Assembly: GCA_013289095.1 (NCBI GenBank)
Contig: JABDAO010000005.1
Span: 303 to 64,302 of the forward strand
Reading direction: 5' to 3'
From: Bacteroidota bacterium
Lineage (GTDB): Bacteria; Bacteroidota; Bacteroidia; Palsa-965
Length of the DNA: 64,000 nt
Made by a program: the position numbers and the translations under genes. Position 1 is the stretch's first letter. Every line of letters starts with the position of its first letter. Below the pieces are notes generated by a model, which saw nothing but the letters and a program-made list of their open reading frames with translations, searched no databases and was not told where the DNA came from. Shown piece after piece: positions 29,401 through 38,294 of this stretch.

Positions 29401-30735
29401 AGGCCCTGTCGAAGCCGTCACATTTACACTGGCGCTTCCGTTGTGAAGCCCAAAACAGCTTGAAGGAGCGCCGGTTCCGTTCAACACCGGAAGCGGGGTA
29501 AAGGTGATGGTGGTATCGAGTGCATACGAACAATGAGCTCCACCGGCATAGGTGATTACTACTTCGTAAGTCCCGTTTTGGTTTACTACAACTTGCTGCG
29601 TATTTGTCGGACCTACGATACCTGTTGTGCCCGAAGGCAGGGTTTGCCACTGATACGTACTGCCACCCGAACTGGCCGGGGCTGTAAGCGTATCGGTTCC
29701 TCCTGCACATACCTTGGGCGATCCGGTGATCTGACTCAAGATAGATCCACAGGCAGCATCCACATATGCATAACAGAAGTGACCTCCCAGGGTGCAACCG
29801 GCAGCGGTAAAACGAATGATGATTGAATGGCCCAGATATTGAGTCAGACTGATCGAGTTTGAAGTCCATGGACAATAAAATACAGGGTTACCCTGTGTAT
29901 CCTGTGAGCCGGAAACAAGGAACCCGGGAGGCACATCTCCCAATGAATCTTCTTCTACATAATACTGCTGACAAGGGTTGGTTGGGTTACCTGCCGAATC
30001 GAGAACCTGTACCCTGAAGTAAGGCTGTTCGCCGGATGTGTGGGTGATCTGGTCCATCACGATCGAATATTTATACGTAAACAGGGCATTGCTGTTTGTA
30101 ACCACAAACGACTCTTGAATAAATTCTGCGCCGCTTTCGTTTCCTCCCGAAGGATCCGGATTATTACAAGCACCTCCGTTTGAATTGGCTCCAACGTTGA
30201 CGTGTTCTCCTCCAAGACGGACCGAATACGTATTCCCGCTTGGACATACAACCGGCTGCCCGGAGTAGGCATCAAGCTGCGGGAGCATAGAGGTATTCAC
30301 CAGGGTGTGAAAAGAACAGGAAGTTTCAGGCGAGTTTATTCCTGACGAAGTGATCGTTGGGGTTGCAACGGTGATCGGGCCGGTAGAGTTGCCGTTACAT
30401 CCGATTGCGCCCGTCCAGCCGGTAAACGTACCAGCCGAAAAATCGACGTTTGTACAGGGCGCTGTCAGGACTGTTGGTACGCCAGCGTATGGATGACGGG
30501 ATACCGGCGGGTTCAGATTGTATTTGGTCATCATAAACTTTCGCTCATGCTGCTTCACGAAAGCAACAAGTTCATAGCCATGGAGCTGTTTCCGAAAGGC
30601 TTCCCGTTGACAGGCGCCGATGTCGAAGCCTTGAAGCGTGTCGCCCCGGTAAAAGGTGAGTGAGCTCAGGTTCTGACCTAATCCCAGGAAACAACTCAAT
30701 ACGAGAGCGCTAAAAGCGAGGAGTTTTTTATTCAT
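26425..30735 (-). CDS. giant T9SS-secreted adhesin with 11 SprB-type repeats, a PKD domain and a type-B (gliding-motility) C-terminal sorting domain
   Basis: 1436 aa. Signal peptide MNKKLLAFSALVLSCFLGLGQ. There are 11 units of the pattern CxGxxxGxxxxxxxGGxxxYxYxWxP...AGxYTxTVTDxxGC. A PKD-like FGDGNGTENAKNTFNVYTTGGIYTV region follows. The C-terminus VPNVFTPNGDGRNDF...YDRWG is typical of the type-B CTD. Confidence 0.9.
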   Translation of the reverse strand: MNKKLLAFSALVLSCFLGLGQNLSSLTFYRGDTLQGFDIGACQREAFRKQLHGYELVAFVKQHERKFMMTKYNLNPPVSRHPYAGVPTVLTAPCTNVDFSAGTFTGWTGAIGCNGNSTGPITVATPTITSSGINSPETSCSFHTLVNTSMLPQLDAYSGQPVVCPSGNTYSVRLGGEHVNVGANSNGGACNNPDPSGGNESGAEFIQESFVVTNSNALFTYKYSIVMDQITHTSGEQPYFRVQVLDSAGNPTNPCQQYYVEEDSLGDVPPGFLVSGSQDTQGNPVFYCPWTSNSISLTQYLGHSIIIRFTAAGCTLGGHFCYAYVDAACGSILSQITGSPKVCAGGTDTLTAPASSGGSTYQWQTLPSGTTGIVGPTNTQQVVVNQNGTYEVVITYAGGAHCSYALDTTITFTPLPVLNGTGAPSSCFGLHNGSASVNVTASTGPYSYSWSPPPGGGQGHDTATGLIPLTLYTVTVTSGHGCVSKDTIRVPEPPILKAIHTQDSTSCNGGNNGSGKAIPSGGTPAYAYSWVPSGGNGATAAGLSAGIYTCTVTDRNGCTTTTIDTIRQPNPLVVTNLATRTKCHGDSTGSDTVFVTGGSKTYSYLWSPNTGTTSKITGVPAGTYTVTVTDNHNCVSTSIALVKQPPLLVLASASRPTPCLGHTGDATITPSGGTGSYTYSWSPLPLVSSVDSTGGVAAGIYTVTVKDSNGCTQISSIAVSNTGGPKDTILHSHQVLCFGGTNGNATCLGSGGTGALTYSWSPSGTPTTPTDTTIINLPAGVYISTVTDASHCQTSVTDTIHQPTKVTATAVITNVNCFGQSTGSAVLTTSGGHPGYTYTWSPHGGNTSTGTAMPAGNYTCAIADTNGCPGTINLNITQPPLFATVDTTISTICYGQANGAALVTPTGGVQNYTYSWSGAGGNSPSATGLAAGTYTSTVTDAHGCTSITTAIVVQPAVVAPTNTTLGVACNGGTNGTATAVGVGGNAGIYSYSWSPSGGTSATTFALPAGTYTCTVTDAKGCVGTTVADIIQPALLVVNNIPKDITCNGLTNGKDSVTVTGGTSSYSYSWLPSGGTSSVASGLATNTYTCIVTDAHGCFQTTSIFISEPLALKDTISPLTLRCFGNTNGVDTAKVTGGTSSYSYSWSPGGATTAVINGLSAQTYTCTVTDAHGCVSTKTLVVNQPPQLVGTPSSTPAICLSDSGTASVFTTGGVPNYIYSWSTHFGTGVGINLLGPGTYTCTIFDANGCRIVVPVTVPQVNNSVHANFIASSYVGVAPDSIFFFDNSSPNANHWTWSFGDGNGTENAKNTFNVYTTGGIYTVSEVVTDNHGCDSLYERIITIKDRPSSLVVPNVFTPNGDGRNDFMDVKWEAIDSYDMKIYDRWGVLMAHIIHPWLGWDGLTFTGGKASDGTYYWVVAATGTDGKNYALDGFVQLIR

Positions 30736-31247
30736 ACGGTCCTAAAATAAGAATGTCTGTACACTGTTCATTATAAAATAACTTCTTTTTGTCTGACCGG
30801 TTCCGTGTGTCTGGCAACAGGTTTGAGTAAAAGGGCCCGAGGTGGGATTGCGAATTTAGAATAATAAACTGAAAGAGCACCAAAACAGCGTTTAATTTTT
30901 CGATGCCTATATGGCTGACTGTTAGCCACTGACATCCGGATCTGGATCCTGAAACCGATTCCTTTTTTCGTGTAAATATTTGATAGTTAGTTGTTTGAAT
31001 GAAACCCCAGCCCCCTGTTTTTGCTTGTCTGGAAGAAAAATTCCAGCATCATTATAGATATCAGACCGCATTGCAAGAAAAACTACCCGAAAACGAAGAT
31101 CCCCGCAGCATTCCATGCCCCTATTTAATCACCCCGGTTTTTCAAAAAGCCCTCAGCATGACAGGCGCCGAAACTCTTTTCTCGATTCCGGTCATACTCA
31201 ACGCTCGTTTTGTCAGCTGGAAGGGTTTCTTTTTATAATTTTGAAAG

Positions 31248-31538
31248 ATGTCGAAACACAATGAACAAAGTCTGAAAGAGGTGCTCGCCGAAATGCTGGA
31301 TGCTTACAAGCTACGCGGAAGGATGGAAGAGTTGAAGCTCATGTCGTCGTGGGGGGCCATTATGGGGCCGATGATACAAAAACGGACTGTCGACATCAGC
31401 ATCCGGAACAAAATCTTGTATGTTAGGCTTGAATCTGCTGCTTTGAGAGAAGAACTATCCTACAGCAAGGAAAAACTCATTCAACGTTTAAACGAGGAAG
31501 CCGGTTCTGAAGTGGTTTTGCAAGTAGTATTTATCTGA
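31248..31538 (+). CDS. DUF721/DciA-like small protein
   Basis: 96 aa. It matches the pattern LKEVL..ML..Y.L......L...W..I.G......T.......L.V...S...R.EL......L...LN. The family assignment is from memory. Confidence 0.75.
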   Translation: MSKHNEQSLKEVLAEMLDAYKLRGRMEELKLMSSWGAIMGPMIQKRTVDISIRNKILYVRLESAALREELSYSKEKLIQRLNEEAGSEVVLQVVFI

Positions 31539-31548
31539 CTTTCGGCCT

Positions 31549-32463
31549 ATGTACCGCTTTCGCTGCATTTGGTGCTTTGTGTTGGTAATTCTTTCCAGGA
31601 GTGTCTTGGCCCAGCCCCAGATGAACAACACCGAGCGGGCCAATTTTCAGAAAAACCATCTTTTGTCAACTTCGGCCTACGCCCTGAAATTAAACCGAGG
31701 CATCGATAAGCATACCTTTCTGGAGCAACGCACCAGTTACGACATCCAGGGAAATATTTCTTCCATCACCCAATATGATTCCACCGATCTGGAGATGTTG
31801 AAATGGACCTGTGCCTACAATGCAAATAATCAACTGATCTCCCGCTCGTTTTGCATCTACCGCGATACCATTGCCAAGACTACGGTGACCTATACCGAAA
31901 AAGGATTTCCATCCGAAGAAACAACCGAAAACGCCGATGGTGTCACACTCTTGAAATTTGTCTATGTCTGCGATGCCAAAGGAAAGATACGCAAGGCAAC
32001 CGAAGATATTTTTCCCGAAAGCAAAGAGTATGTACGTCAGGCATACCGGTTCGACCAGCAGGGTTTCCTGCTCCTGCGTTTTCTGGGGGAAGCAAAAGGA
32101 CGGGCAAGGATCAATTATTCGTACGACTACACAAAGACCGGTCTGCTAAGCAGGATGACTGAAATCGGGCAGGACACCATCCCCTTTGGATGGGTTGAAT
32201 TTGAATATACGAAAGACGGGGCCCTCCGAAGTTTCAGCGTGAAACACGAAAACGGCAAACGTTACCGGATTTTTACCAACTACGATTCGCATGGTGGGCT
32301 CAAGGAGCAATTCAAAAGCCTTTATCTCAATACCGTACTCCTCGATCAGGAGAAAGACGAGTATACCGTCGATTCAAAAGGACTCGTGAAAAAACGGCTC
32401 CGCTATAAGTTCAACAACGAACTGTTCATGTTATATAACTTTACCCATGAGTTTTATGAGTAA
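31549..32463 (+). CDS. hypothetical secreted protein
   Basis: 304 aa with the signal-like N-terminus MYRFRCIWCFVLVILSRSVLAQ. No family was recognised. Confidence 0.6.
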   Translation: MYRFRCIWCFVLVILSRSVLAQPQMNNTERANFQKNHLLSTSAYALKLNRGIDKHTFLEQRTSYDIQGNISSITQYDSTDLEMLKWTCAYNANNQLISRSFCIYRDTIAKTTVTYTEKGFPSEETTENADGVTLLKFVYVCDAKGKIRKATEDIFPESKEYVRQAYRFDQQGFLLLRFLGEAKGRARINYSYDYTKTGLLSRMTEIGQDTIPFGWVEFEYTKDGALRSFSVKHENGKRYRIFTNYDSHGGLKEQFKSLYLNTVLLDQEKDEYTVDSKGLVKKRLRYKFNNELFMLYNFTHEFYE

Positions 32464-32510
32464 CGGCCAGATCTGCCTGAAAAGCCATTAACCTCTTTTC
32501 ATTTCCAAAC

Positions 32511-32540
32511 AAAAAGCTGCCTATTTGGGCAGCTTTTTTG
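32511..32540. terminator. bidirectional intrinsic terminator between convergent genes
   Basis: aaaaagctgcc-tatttg-ggcagctttttt: a 7-bp GC-containing stem flanked by an A-run and a T-run. It lies between the stop at 32463 (+) and the ndk stop at 32608 (-). Confidence 0.65.
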
Positions 32541-32607
32541 TTTGAAGGAAGATTTTATAAAACGAGATCTTCGTAGCTTATTTTATTCCAATACTGCGGG
32601 GCCTTGA

Positions 32608-33027
32608 TTAAAAACGTTCAGAACCTGCAAAAAAGAAATTTCCTTCGGCATCGGCATTTTCATCGCTGTCTGAACCATGTACGGCATTGGCAGCAATCGA
32701 TTTTGCAAACAAATTACGGATGGTGCCTGGTTCGGCCTTGGCCGGATCGGTAGCTCCGATGAGTTTACGGAAATCGGCCACGGCATTGTCTTTTTCAAGA
32801 ATAGCAGCCACAATTGCACCGGATGACATGTATTCAACCAGCTCGCCATAAAACGGACGGGCTTTGTGTACTTCGTAAAATTTACCTGCTGCTTCGGGGC
32901 TTAGTTTGGTATATTTCATGGCAACTATGCGAAAACCTGCTTCGTTGATCTTGGCCAGGATTGGGCCGATATAATTGTTTCCGACTGCGTCGGGTTTAAT
33001 CATTGTAAACGTTCTGTTGGTTGCCAT
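32608..33027 (-). CDS. ndk: nucleoside-diphosphate kinase
   Basis: I prefer the ATG at 33027 ([15 protein letters not shown]). It has the active-site NAVHGSDS motif. 139 aa. Confidence 0.93.
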   Translation of the reverse strand: MATNRTFTMIKPDAVGNNYIGPILAKINEAGFRIVAMKYTKLSPEAAGKFYEVHKARPFYGELVEYMSSGAIVAAILEKDNAVADFRKLIGATDPAKAEPGTIRNLFAKSIAANAVHGSDSDENADAEGNFFFAGSERF

Positions 33028-33209
33028 TTTATATTCTGTTTTTTTGTGTTTTTGCAAATTTCGCTCCCGATCCGGAAGAACGGCGCGAAATTAAGAAAAA
33101 TATCGGGATACATTTTATCTTCAGGTCTTCGAAGCGGAAAAAGCAATCTGCTTTCCTGAAAAGGAGGATGCTTCATGCCAATCGTGCTGTATTTTAGTTG
33201 ATTGCAGGC

Positions 33210-33535
33210 TTGTTGAAATGGCTTGGATTGAAAATAATGCACGTTTTGTCAAAATGATCCCTTAATTCATGCAAAATGAGTTGAATTGAATCTATACTGG
33301 ATTGAAACGTGTTGATATTGGATGGAAATGTATTCATTCTGATTCTTTATGCATGCAAAATGAGTTAAAATGAATGCATCTTGAACTGAAATGAATGCAT
33401 AATGGATTGAAATGTATGCATAATGGATTGAAACTACCAGATAAAGGTTTGAAATGAATTGATATTGGATTGAAATCAATTCAAACTGGATTGAAATGAA
33501 TAAAAAATGATTTAAAATGAAGATAATGGGATTTT
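33210..33535. repeat. tandem array 3 (21-bp period, about 13-15 units), homologous to array 1 but in reverse orientation
   Basis: The motif (t)tgaaa(t/c) ends at 33266, 33287, 33308, 33329, 33350, 33371, 33392, 33413, 33434, 33455, 33476, 33497 and 33518, exactly 21 bp apart. Units such as gcataatggattgaaatg are the reverse complement of catttcaatccattat in array 1. Confidence 0.9.
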
Positions 33536-33713
33536 TGTTGGCTGGTTTCGATTAATTCATTTGATAATCAATGAGATGCATGGTAAGCCGGTCGCCAAGC
33601 CTTCAGATTAATCCCCCATGCCGGCAGAAGAATTAGGAGCGTTTGCCTCTCCACTGAACGATGCGCCTCATAAACCCAACATGAACAGTAGAAACGTAGT
33701 GCACTACTGTTCA

Positions 33714-33816
33714 GTGCGTTTGGATTTTGTGCGCTGGATTTGGGTTATCCCGCTGCTCCTGAGAGCTGGCGGCCTTTTCAGAGCGTTAGCCAGCTTCAAC
33801 TGAAAAATGCGGGATA
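33714..33816. repeat. dispersed palindromic element, copy C (short left part, intact hairpin)
   Basis: gtgcgtttggattttgtgcgctggatttggg-TTATCCCGC-tgctcctgagAGCTGGCggccttttcagagcgttaGCCAGCTtcaactgaaaaat-GCGGGATAA. The inner 7-bp stem is perfect here, whereas copy A has a T-T mismatch at the same place. Confidence 0.75.
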
Positions 33817-33847
33817 AAGTCGTAAATTAGCCGCCTAAACCCCCTTT

Positions 33848-34867
33848 ATGAAGCCAGCTGAGTTGAAAAAATTGAAGTCAATCCTTCAAAAACCCAAGAA
33901 AATGGTGATAATCACCCATTGGTCGCCCGATGGAGATGCAATCGGCTCTTCGCTGGGGTTCTATAATTATCTGATTCAGAAAAAGCATTCCGTAACAGTC
34001 ATCACTCCCAACGATTCGCCTGCCTTTTTAGACTGGATGGCCGGAAGCAAACGCATTGTCGATTTTTCAAAAGACACCGCCAAGTCCACCAAAATACTGA
34101 ATGCGGCCGAAGTGATCTGGTGTCTCGATTTTAATTCGTTGAAACGCATTGATAAGATGGGGCCCCTGGTGGAAGCATCTGAAGCAATAAAAGTGATGAT
34201 CGATCATCATCCCCAACCCGATGATTTTGCCGATTTCAACCACCATTCGGTAAAAGCCTGCTCCACCTGTGAACTGATTTACAGTCTCATCGAGATGCTG
34301 GGCGACAAGAAAAAGATCGATAAAAAGATTGCAGAATGTTTATACACCGGCATCATGACCGATACCGGGTCGTTCCGTTACTCAAGCACTACGGCCGATA
34401 CCCACCGTACGGTAGCAGCCCTTATCGATGCAGGAGCTGATAATGGAGAAATCCATTCCAGGGTCTATAACGATTCGTCCGAAGACCGGCTCAAACTCAT
34501 CGGGTACAGCCTTTCGCAGAAAATGGTGGTCCTGAAGGAATACAATACCGGTTATATTTCGCTTACCCAGGACGAACAAACCCGTTTTAATTATAAAAAA
34601 GGAGATACCGAAGGCCTGGTAAACTATATCCTTTCTATCCGTGGAATGAAATTCGCGGCCTTCATGACCGAACGTGATGGCATCGTTAAAATGTCGTTCC
34701 GTTCGAACGGCAAGTTTGATGTCAATGCATTTGCCCGTACCCATTTTGGAGGCGGAGGCCATGTAAATGCAGCCGGAGGTTTTTCGAACGATCCCATTGC
34801 CGAGGTCATTCGTACGTTTCAGACGCTTGTGCCTGAATACAGCAAACAGCTCACAAACCCCAAATAG
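33848..34867 (+). CDS. DHH-family phosphoesterase (NrnA-like oligoribonuclease/pAp phosphatase)
   Basis: 339 aa. Motifs HWSPDGDAIGSS (DxD), MIDHHP (DHH) and DHHA1 GGGGH. Confidence 0.88.
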   Translation: MKPAELKKLKSILQKPKKMVIITHWSPDGDAIGSSLGFYNYLIQKKHSVTVITPNDSPAFLDWMAGSKRIVDFSKDTAKSTKILNAAEVIWCLDFNSLKRIDKMGPLVEASEAIKVMIDHHPQPDDFADFNHHSVKACSTCELIYSLIEMLGDKKKIDKKIAECLYTGIMTDTGSFRYSSTTADTHRTVAALIDAGADNGEIHSRVYNDSSEDRLKLIGYSLSQKMVVLKEYNTGYISLTQDEQTRFNYKKGDTEGLVNYILSIRGMKFAAFMTERDGIVKMSFRSNGKFDVNAFARTHFGGGGHVNAAGGFSNDPIAEVIRTFQTLVPEYSKQLTNPK

Positions 34868-34930
34868 CAGACAGGCCGCGGACGAAGCATCGGGGCGCTT
34901 TTTTTTGCTCCTTACATTGGTAAAGTACAG

Positions 34931-35482
34931 ATGATCAATACACTCATTTCTTTTTCTGCCAAATATATACATGCAGGCATAGGCATGGCCCTGCTGTTCT
35001 TTTATGGCTGTGGAAATACGAATGAACATCAACTTCATCCACAAAAAAATTATACCAGGGAACAACTCCTCTCCGCCAATAAAACCGATAGCCGGCGCGA
35101 ATCGGATGATATTGATGCCTATCTCGCAGTTCACCACCTGCAGATGACCGGGAGTGGAACCGGTTTGCGTTACCACTTTATGACGCACAGCACAACCGGC
35201 GATTCGGTAAAAGCAGGCAACTATGCTAAGGTGGCCTACTCGGTGTCTTTGCTCGATGGTACGCTTTGTTACTCGTCTGACAAAGACGGGCCCAAGGAAT
35301 TCAGGGTTGGCGAGGATCATGTAGAATCGGGAATACATGAAATGGCCTTGCTGATGAAGACGGGCGACAAAGTGCGTTTCATTCTTCCCTCCAATCTTGC
35401 CCATGGTTTGCTTGGCGATGGGGATAAAATACCGCCCCGGGCGCCGGTATTGTATGAAATGGAACTTCTGGGTTTGAGATAA
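34931..35482 (+). CDS. FKBP-type peptidyl-prolyl cis-trans isomerase (lipoprotein-like)
   Basis: 183 aa. N-terminus ALLFFYGCGNT and the C-terminal FKBP signature GDKVRFILPSNLAHGLLGDGDKIPPRAPVLYEMELL. The start may instead be the ATG at 34985. Confidence 0.8.
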   Translation: MINTLISFSAKYIHAGIGMALLFFYGCGNTNEHQLHPQKNYTREQLLSANKTDSRRESDDIDAYLAVHHLQMTGSGTGLRYHFMTHSTTGDSVKAGNYAKVAYSVSLLDGTLCYSSDKDGPKEFRVGEDHVESGIHEMALLMKTGDKVRFILPSNLAHGLLGDGDKIPPRAPVLYEMELLGLR

Positions 35483-35539
35483 GGAGGCTGTTTGATATTT
35501 TATTTCAATTAGAATAGTGTTTACCACTAAAGAACACAC

Positions 35540-36352
35540 ATGAAAAAGGGAATTGTCATTTTTTTTCTGTCCACTGTCATTCTCGCCGCCTGTGGAGAGA
35601 AACGCATGCCTGGTTTCAGACGGCTCAGCAATGGCAGTTATTTCAAACTGATGGCCCTGGGCGAAAGCGACCGCAAACCAAGGGAAGGAGAATATCTGGA
35701 GATGGTCATTCTCAACACATTTGCCGACTCGGTATTGTACAACTCCCGCCTGGAGAGTTCCCGCGGAACCATGATCACTCCTTATAACGATAAAGATGGC
35801 TTTGCCAAGCTGCACGAAGGCGACAGCGCAGATTTTCTGATCCCGGCTTACGACCTCATGCCGTATGGCAATGATACCATGATGCACATGCATGTAAAGC
35901 TGGTGCATATTTTCGATGAAAAACAGTACAAGGCCGAATCCGAAAAACGGGCCCATGTCGATGAAATGGATGAGCAGAAAATACTCAGCTACTTTCTAAA
36001 AACCAGCAAGGTGAAATACGAGGAACTGGGCAAAGGCCTCTATTATTCGGAAGAAATAAAAGGAAAAGGAAAAAGTGTGGAACGGGGCGACCGGGTGCTT
36101 GTCAACTACCAGGGTACTTTTTTGAACGGTAAGAAATTTGATGTCACGGCCGAGCCTGTTGAATATACCCTGGGCGATGAAGGCCAGTTAATAGAAGGGA
36201 TGGCCCTGGCCCTGGCTCATATGCGCGAAGGCGGGAAAGCAAAAATTATTATACCTTCGCACCTTGCTTACGGGGCCGAAGGATCAAGTACCGGGATTAT
36301 TAAGCCTTTTACCTCGATTCAATACAAGATTGAATTGGTGAAAGTAAATTAG
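35540..36352 (+). CDS. FKBP-type peptidyl-prolyl cis-trans isomerase
   Basis: 270 aa. Lipobox-like VILAACG. The C-terminal FKBP domain reads VNYQGTFLNGKKFD...LIEGMALALAHMREGGKAKIIIPSHLAYG. Confidence 0.85.
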   Translation: MKKGIVIFFLSTVILAACGEKRMPGFRRLSNGSYFKLMALGESDRKPREGEYLEMVILNTFADSVLYNSRLESSRGTMITPYNDKDGFAKLHEGDSADFLIPAYDLMPYGNDTMMHMHVKLVHIFDEKQYKAESEKRAHVDEMDEQKILSYFLKTSKVKYEELGKGLYYSEEIKGKGKSVERGDRVLVNYQGTFLNGKKFDVTAEPVEYTLGDEGQLIEGMALALAHMREGGKAKIIIPSHLAYGAEGSSTGIIKPFTSIQYKIELVKVN

Positions 36353-36450
36353 CGATACCCTCCTGTTTGTATCGCGGTCTATACCCTCGGAGGGCTATGA
36401 CCGGTGAACTATTTCAACCTAGAACTAAAATAAAAAAAGAGAACCAGTAC

Positions 36451-37338
36451 ATGAAAAAGAGAAACACCAACATCCTGATTGCTGCCTGTATCGGCACTGC
36501 GTTTATTGCCTGTCACAAACCCGAACACCCCGGTTTCGAAAAATCAGCCAGCGGTCTGTTCTATAAAGAATACCTCAAAGGAAAAGATACGCTTCACCCT
36601 CATGTCGGCGACCGCGTTACCCTGCAGATCGTTTGTAAAACCGAAAAAGACTGTACCCTGATCGATACCCGTAAAGGCAATGGCCATCTTCCGCTGGTAC
36701 TTCGTAAAAGCGTTTACCCGAACGATGTGTTCGAAGCCATCGCAACGATGCATGCCGGAGACAGCACCGGGTTCCTGCTCAATGCCAAAGACTATTTCGA
36801 AAAGCTCGAACGCATGAAACCGCCTGCATTTATTGATTCTATGAGTATGCTGCATTTTACCGTCAAGATCGATAAGATAGAGCCCAAGACCATTGTTGAG
36901 GCGGAACAGAAAAAACACATGGAAGAACAACAGAAAGCCGCGGCTGCAGCAAAAGAGGAAGAACCTGGCCTGCTCGAAAAATACCTGGCCGATAATAAAA
37001 TCAAGGCCAAACCAACCAAGACAGGTATGTATATCATTGAAACCGAAAAAGGGAAAGGCGATGCCATCAAAGCCGGACAAACCCTGCAGGTTAAATACAC
37101 AGGCAAATTCATAGACGGGCAGGTGTTCGACTCTTCAGAAAACAGCGGCAAACCGTTTGAATTCCAGGTCGGCAAACAACAGGTCATCCCGGGATGGGAC
37201 GAGGCTCTCCTGACCATGAAAAAAGGCGGTAAAGCCAATCTGATCATTCCTTCTTCGCTTGCCTATGGTGATGGTGGAGGCCGGATGAAACCCTATGCCA
37301 CACTTTTGTTTGATATTGAAATTGTAGATGTAAAGTAG
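36451..37338 (+). CDS. FKBP-type peptidyl-prolyl cis-trans isomerase
   Basis: I prefer the ATG at 36451 (MKKRNTNILIAACIGTAFIAC). FKBP domain: VKYTGKFIDGQVFDSS..FEFQVGKQQVIPGWDEALLTMKKGGKANLIIPSSLAYG. Confidence 0.88.
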   Translation: MKKRNTNILIAACIGTAFIACHKPEHPGFEKSASGLFYKEYLKGKDTLHPHVGDRVTLQIVCKTEKDCTLIDTRKGNGHLPLVLRKSVYPNDVFEAIATMHAGDSTGFLLNAKDYFEKLERMKPPAFIDSMSMLHFTVKIDKIEPKTIVEAEQKKHMEEQQKAAAAAKEEEPGLLEKYLADNKIKAKPTKTGMYIIETEKGKGDAIKAGQTLQVKYTGKFIDGQVFDSSENSGKPFEFQVGKQQVIPGWDEALLTMKKGGKANLIIPSSLAYGDGGGRMKPYATLLFDIEIVDVK

Positions 37339-37382
37339 AACAATCCCAAACCAAACCCTTTGTTCTTTCTACCCGATAACCA

Positions 37383-38231
37383 ATGAAAAAAAACGCATCC
37401 ATCGTGTTTGTTGTTGCACTGGGTCTGCTCGTCAGTTGTACGATCCTGCATAAAAACACACCTTGTAAACCAACGATAGTGAAAAAACCAGAAAAACTAA
37501 GCACCACATCCGGTCTTCAGTATACCATCACCACCCGTGGTTGTGGCGCCCAGGCTCATGCCGGCGATCAGGTGAAGGTGCATTATACCGGCAAGCTGAC
37601 CAACGATACCGTATTCGACAGTTCGGTGGCACGCAATCAGCCTTTTGAATTCAAACTCGGCAAACGACAGGTTATTGCCGGATGGGACGAAGGCATTGCG
37701 CTCCTTCATGTCGGCGATAAGGCCACCTTCGTTATCCCCCCGGCGCTTGGCTATGGTGCACGAGGCATGGGCAAGATCCCGGCCAACAGCACCCTCATTT
37801 TTGATGTTGAATTGCTCGAACTCAAAGAAGGGATCCGGAAAGCCAATACAACCGGAAAGGATACGGTGACTACCCCCGACGGACTGAAAATTATTTTTTT
37901 ATCAGACCGCAAACTCCCGGAATTTGCTCCTGCAAACACGGCCAACAAACCTGTAAATGGGAACAAAGTAAAAGTGCATTATTCTGGTTTCCTCCTCGAT
38001 GGAAGTTTATTTGATTCTTCGGTCGAACGCGGACAACCCTTTGAATTTACATTGGGCCAGGGCATGGTCATCAAAGGATGGGACCTTGGTATAGCCATGC
38101 TCCACAAAGGCGAAAAAGCACAGCTCATCCTTCCCTACACCCTGGCCTATGGCGAACGTGGACACCCACCAATCATCCCTGCCAAAGCAACACTGGTGTT
38201 CGATGTGGAGCTCATAGACATTACACCCTGA
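37383..38231 (+). CDS. tandem-domain FKBP-type peptidyl-prolyl cis-trans isomerase
   Basis: 282 aa with two complete FKBP domains (VHYTGKLTNDTVFDSS..VIAGWDEGIALLHVGDKATFVIPPALGYG and VHYSGFLLDGSLFDSS..VIKGWDLGIAMLHKGEKAQLILPYTLAYG). Confidence 0.88.
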   Translation: MKKNASIVFVVALGLLVSCTILHKNTPCKPTIVKKPEKLSTTSGLQYTITTRGCGAQAHAGDQVKVHYTGKLTNDTVFDSSVARNQPFEFKLGKRQVIAGWDEGIALLHVGDKATFVIPPALGYGARGMGKIPANSTLIFDVELLELKEGIRKANTTGKDTVTTPDGLKIIFLSDRKLPEFAPANTANKPVNGNKVKVHYSGFLLDGSLFDSSVERGQPFEFTLGQGMVIKGWDLGIAMLHKGEKAQLILPYTLAYGERGHPPIIPAKATLVFDVELIDITP

Positions 38232-38240
38232 AACAAATTC

Positions 38241-38272
38241 AAATCCTGGTCAGCCGATCAGGATTTTTTTTC
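38241..38272 (+). terminator. intrinsic terminator after the FKBP gene string
   Basis: aaatcctg-gtcagccgat-caggattt followed by TTTTTT, 10 bp after the stop at 38231. Confidence 0.65.
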
Positions 38273-38294
38273 TCCCTGGAATCCTTGCTGAACG

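Noticed and set aside
34382-35956. 524-aa minus-strand ORF, the third-longest ORF in the region
   Set aside because: It runs antisense across the 3' end of the DHH phosphoesterase gene and across two FKBP genes, all of which have clear catalytic motifs. Its translation is a low-information His/Gly/Phe/Ile-rich string with no motif. It is a typical shadow ORF.
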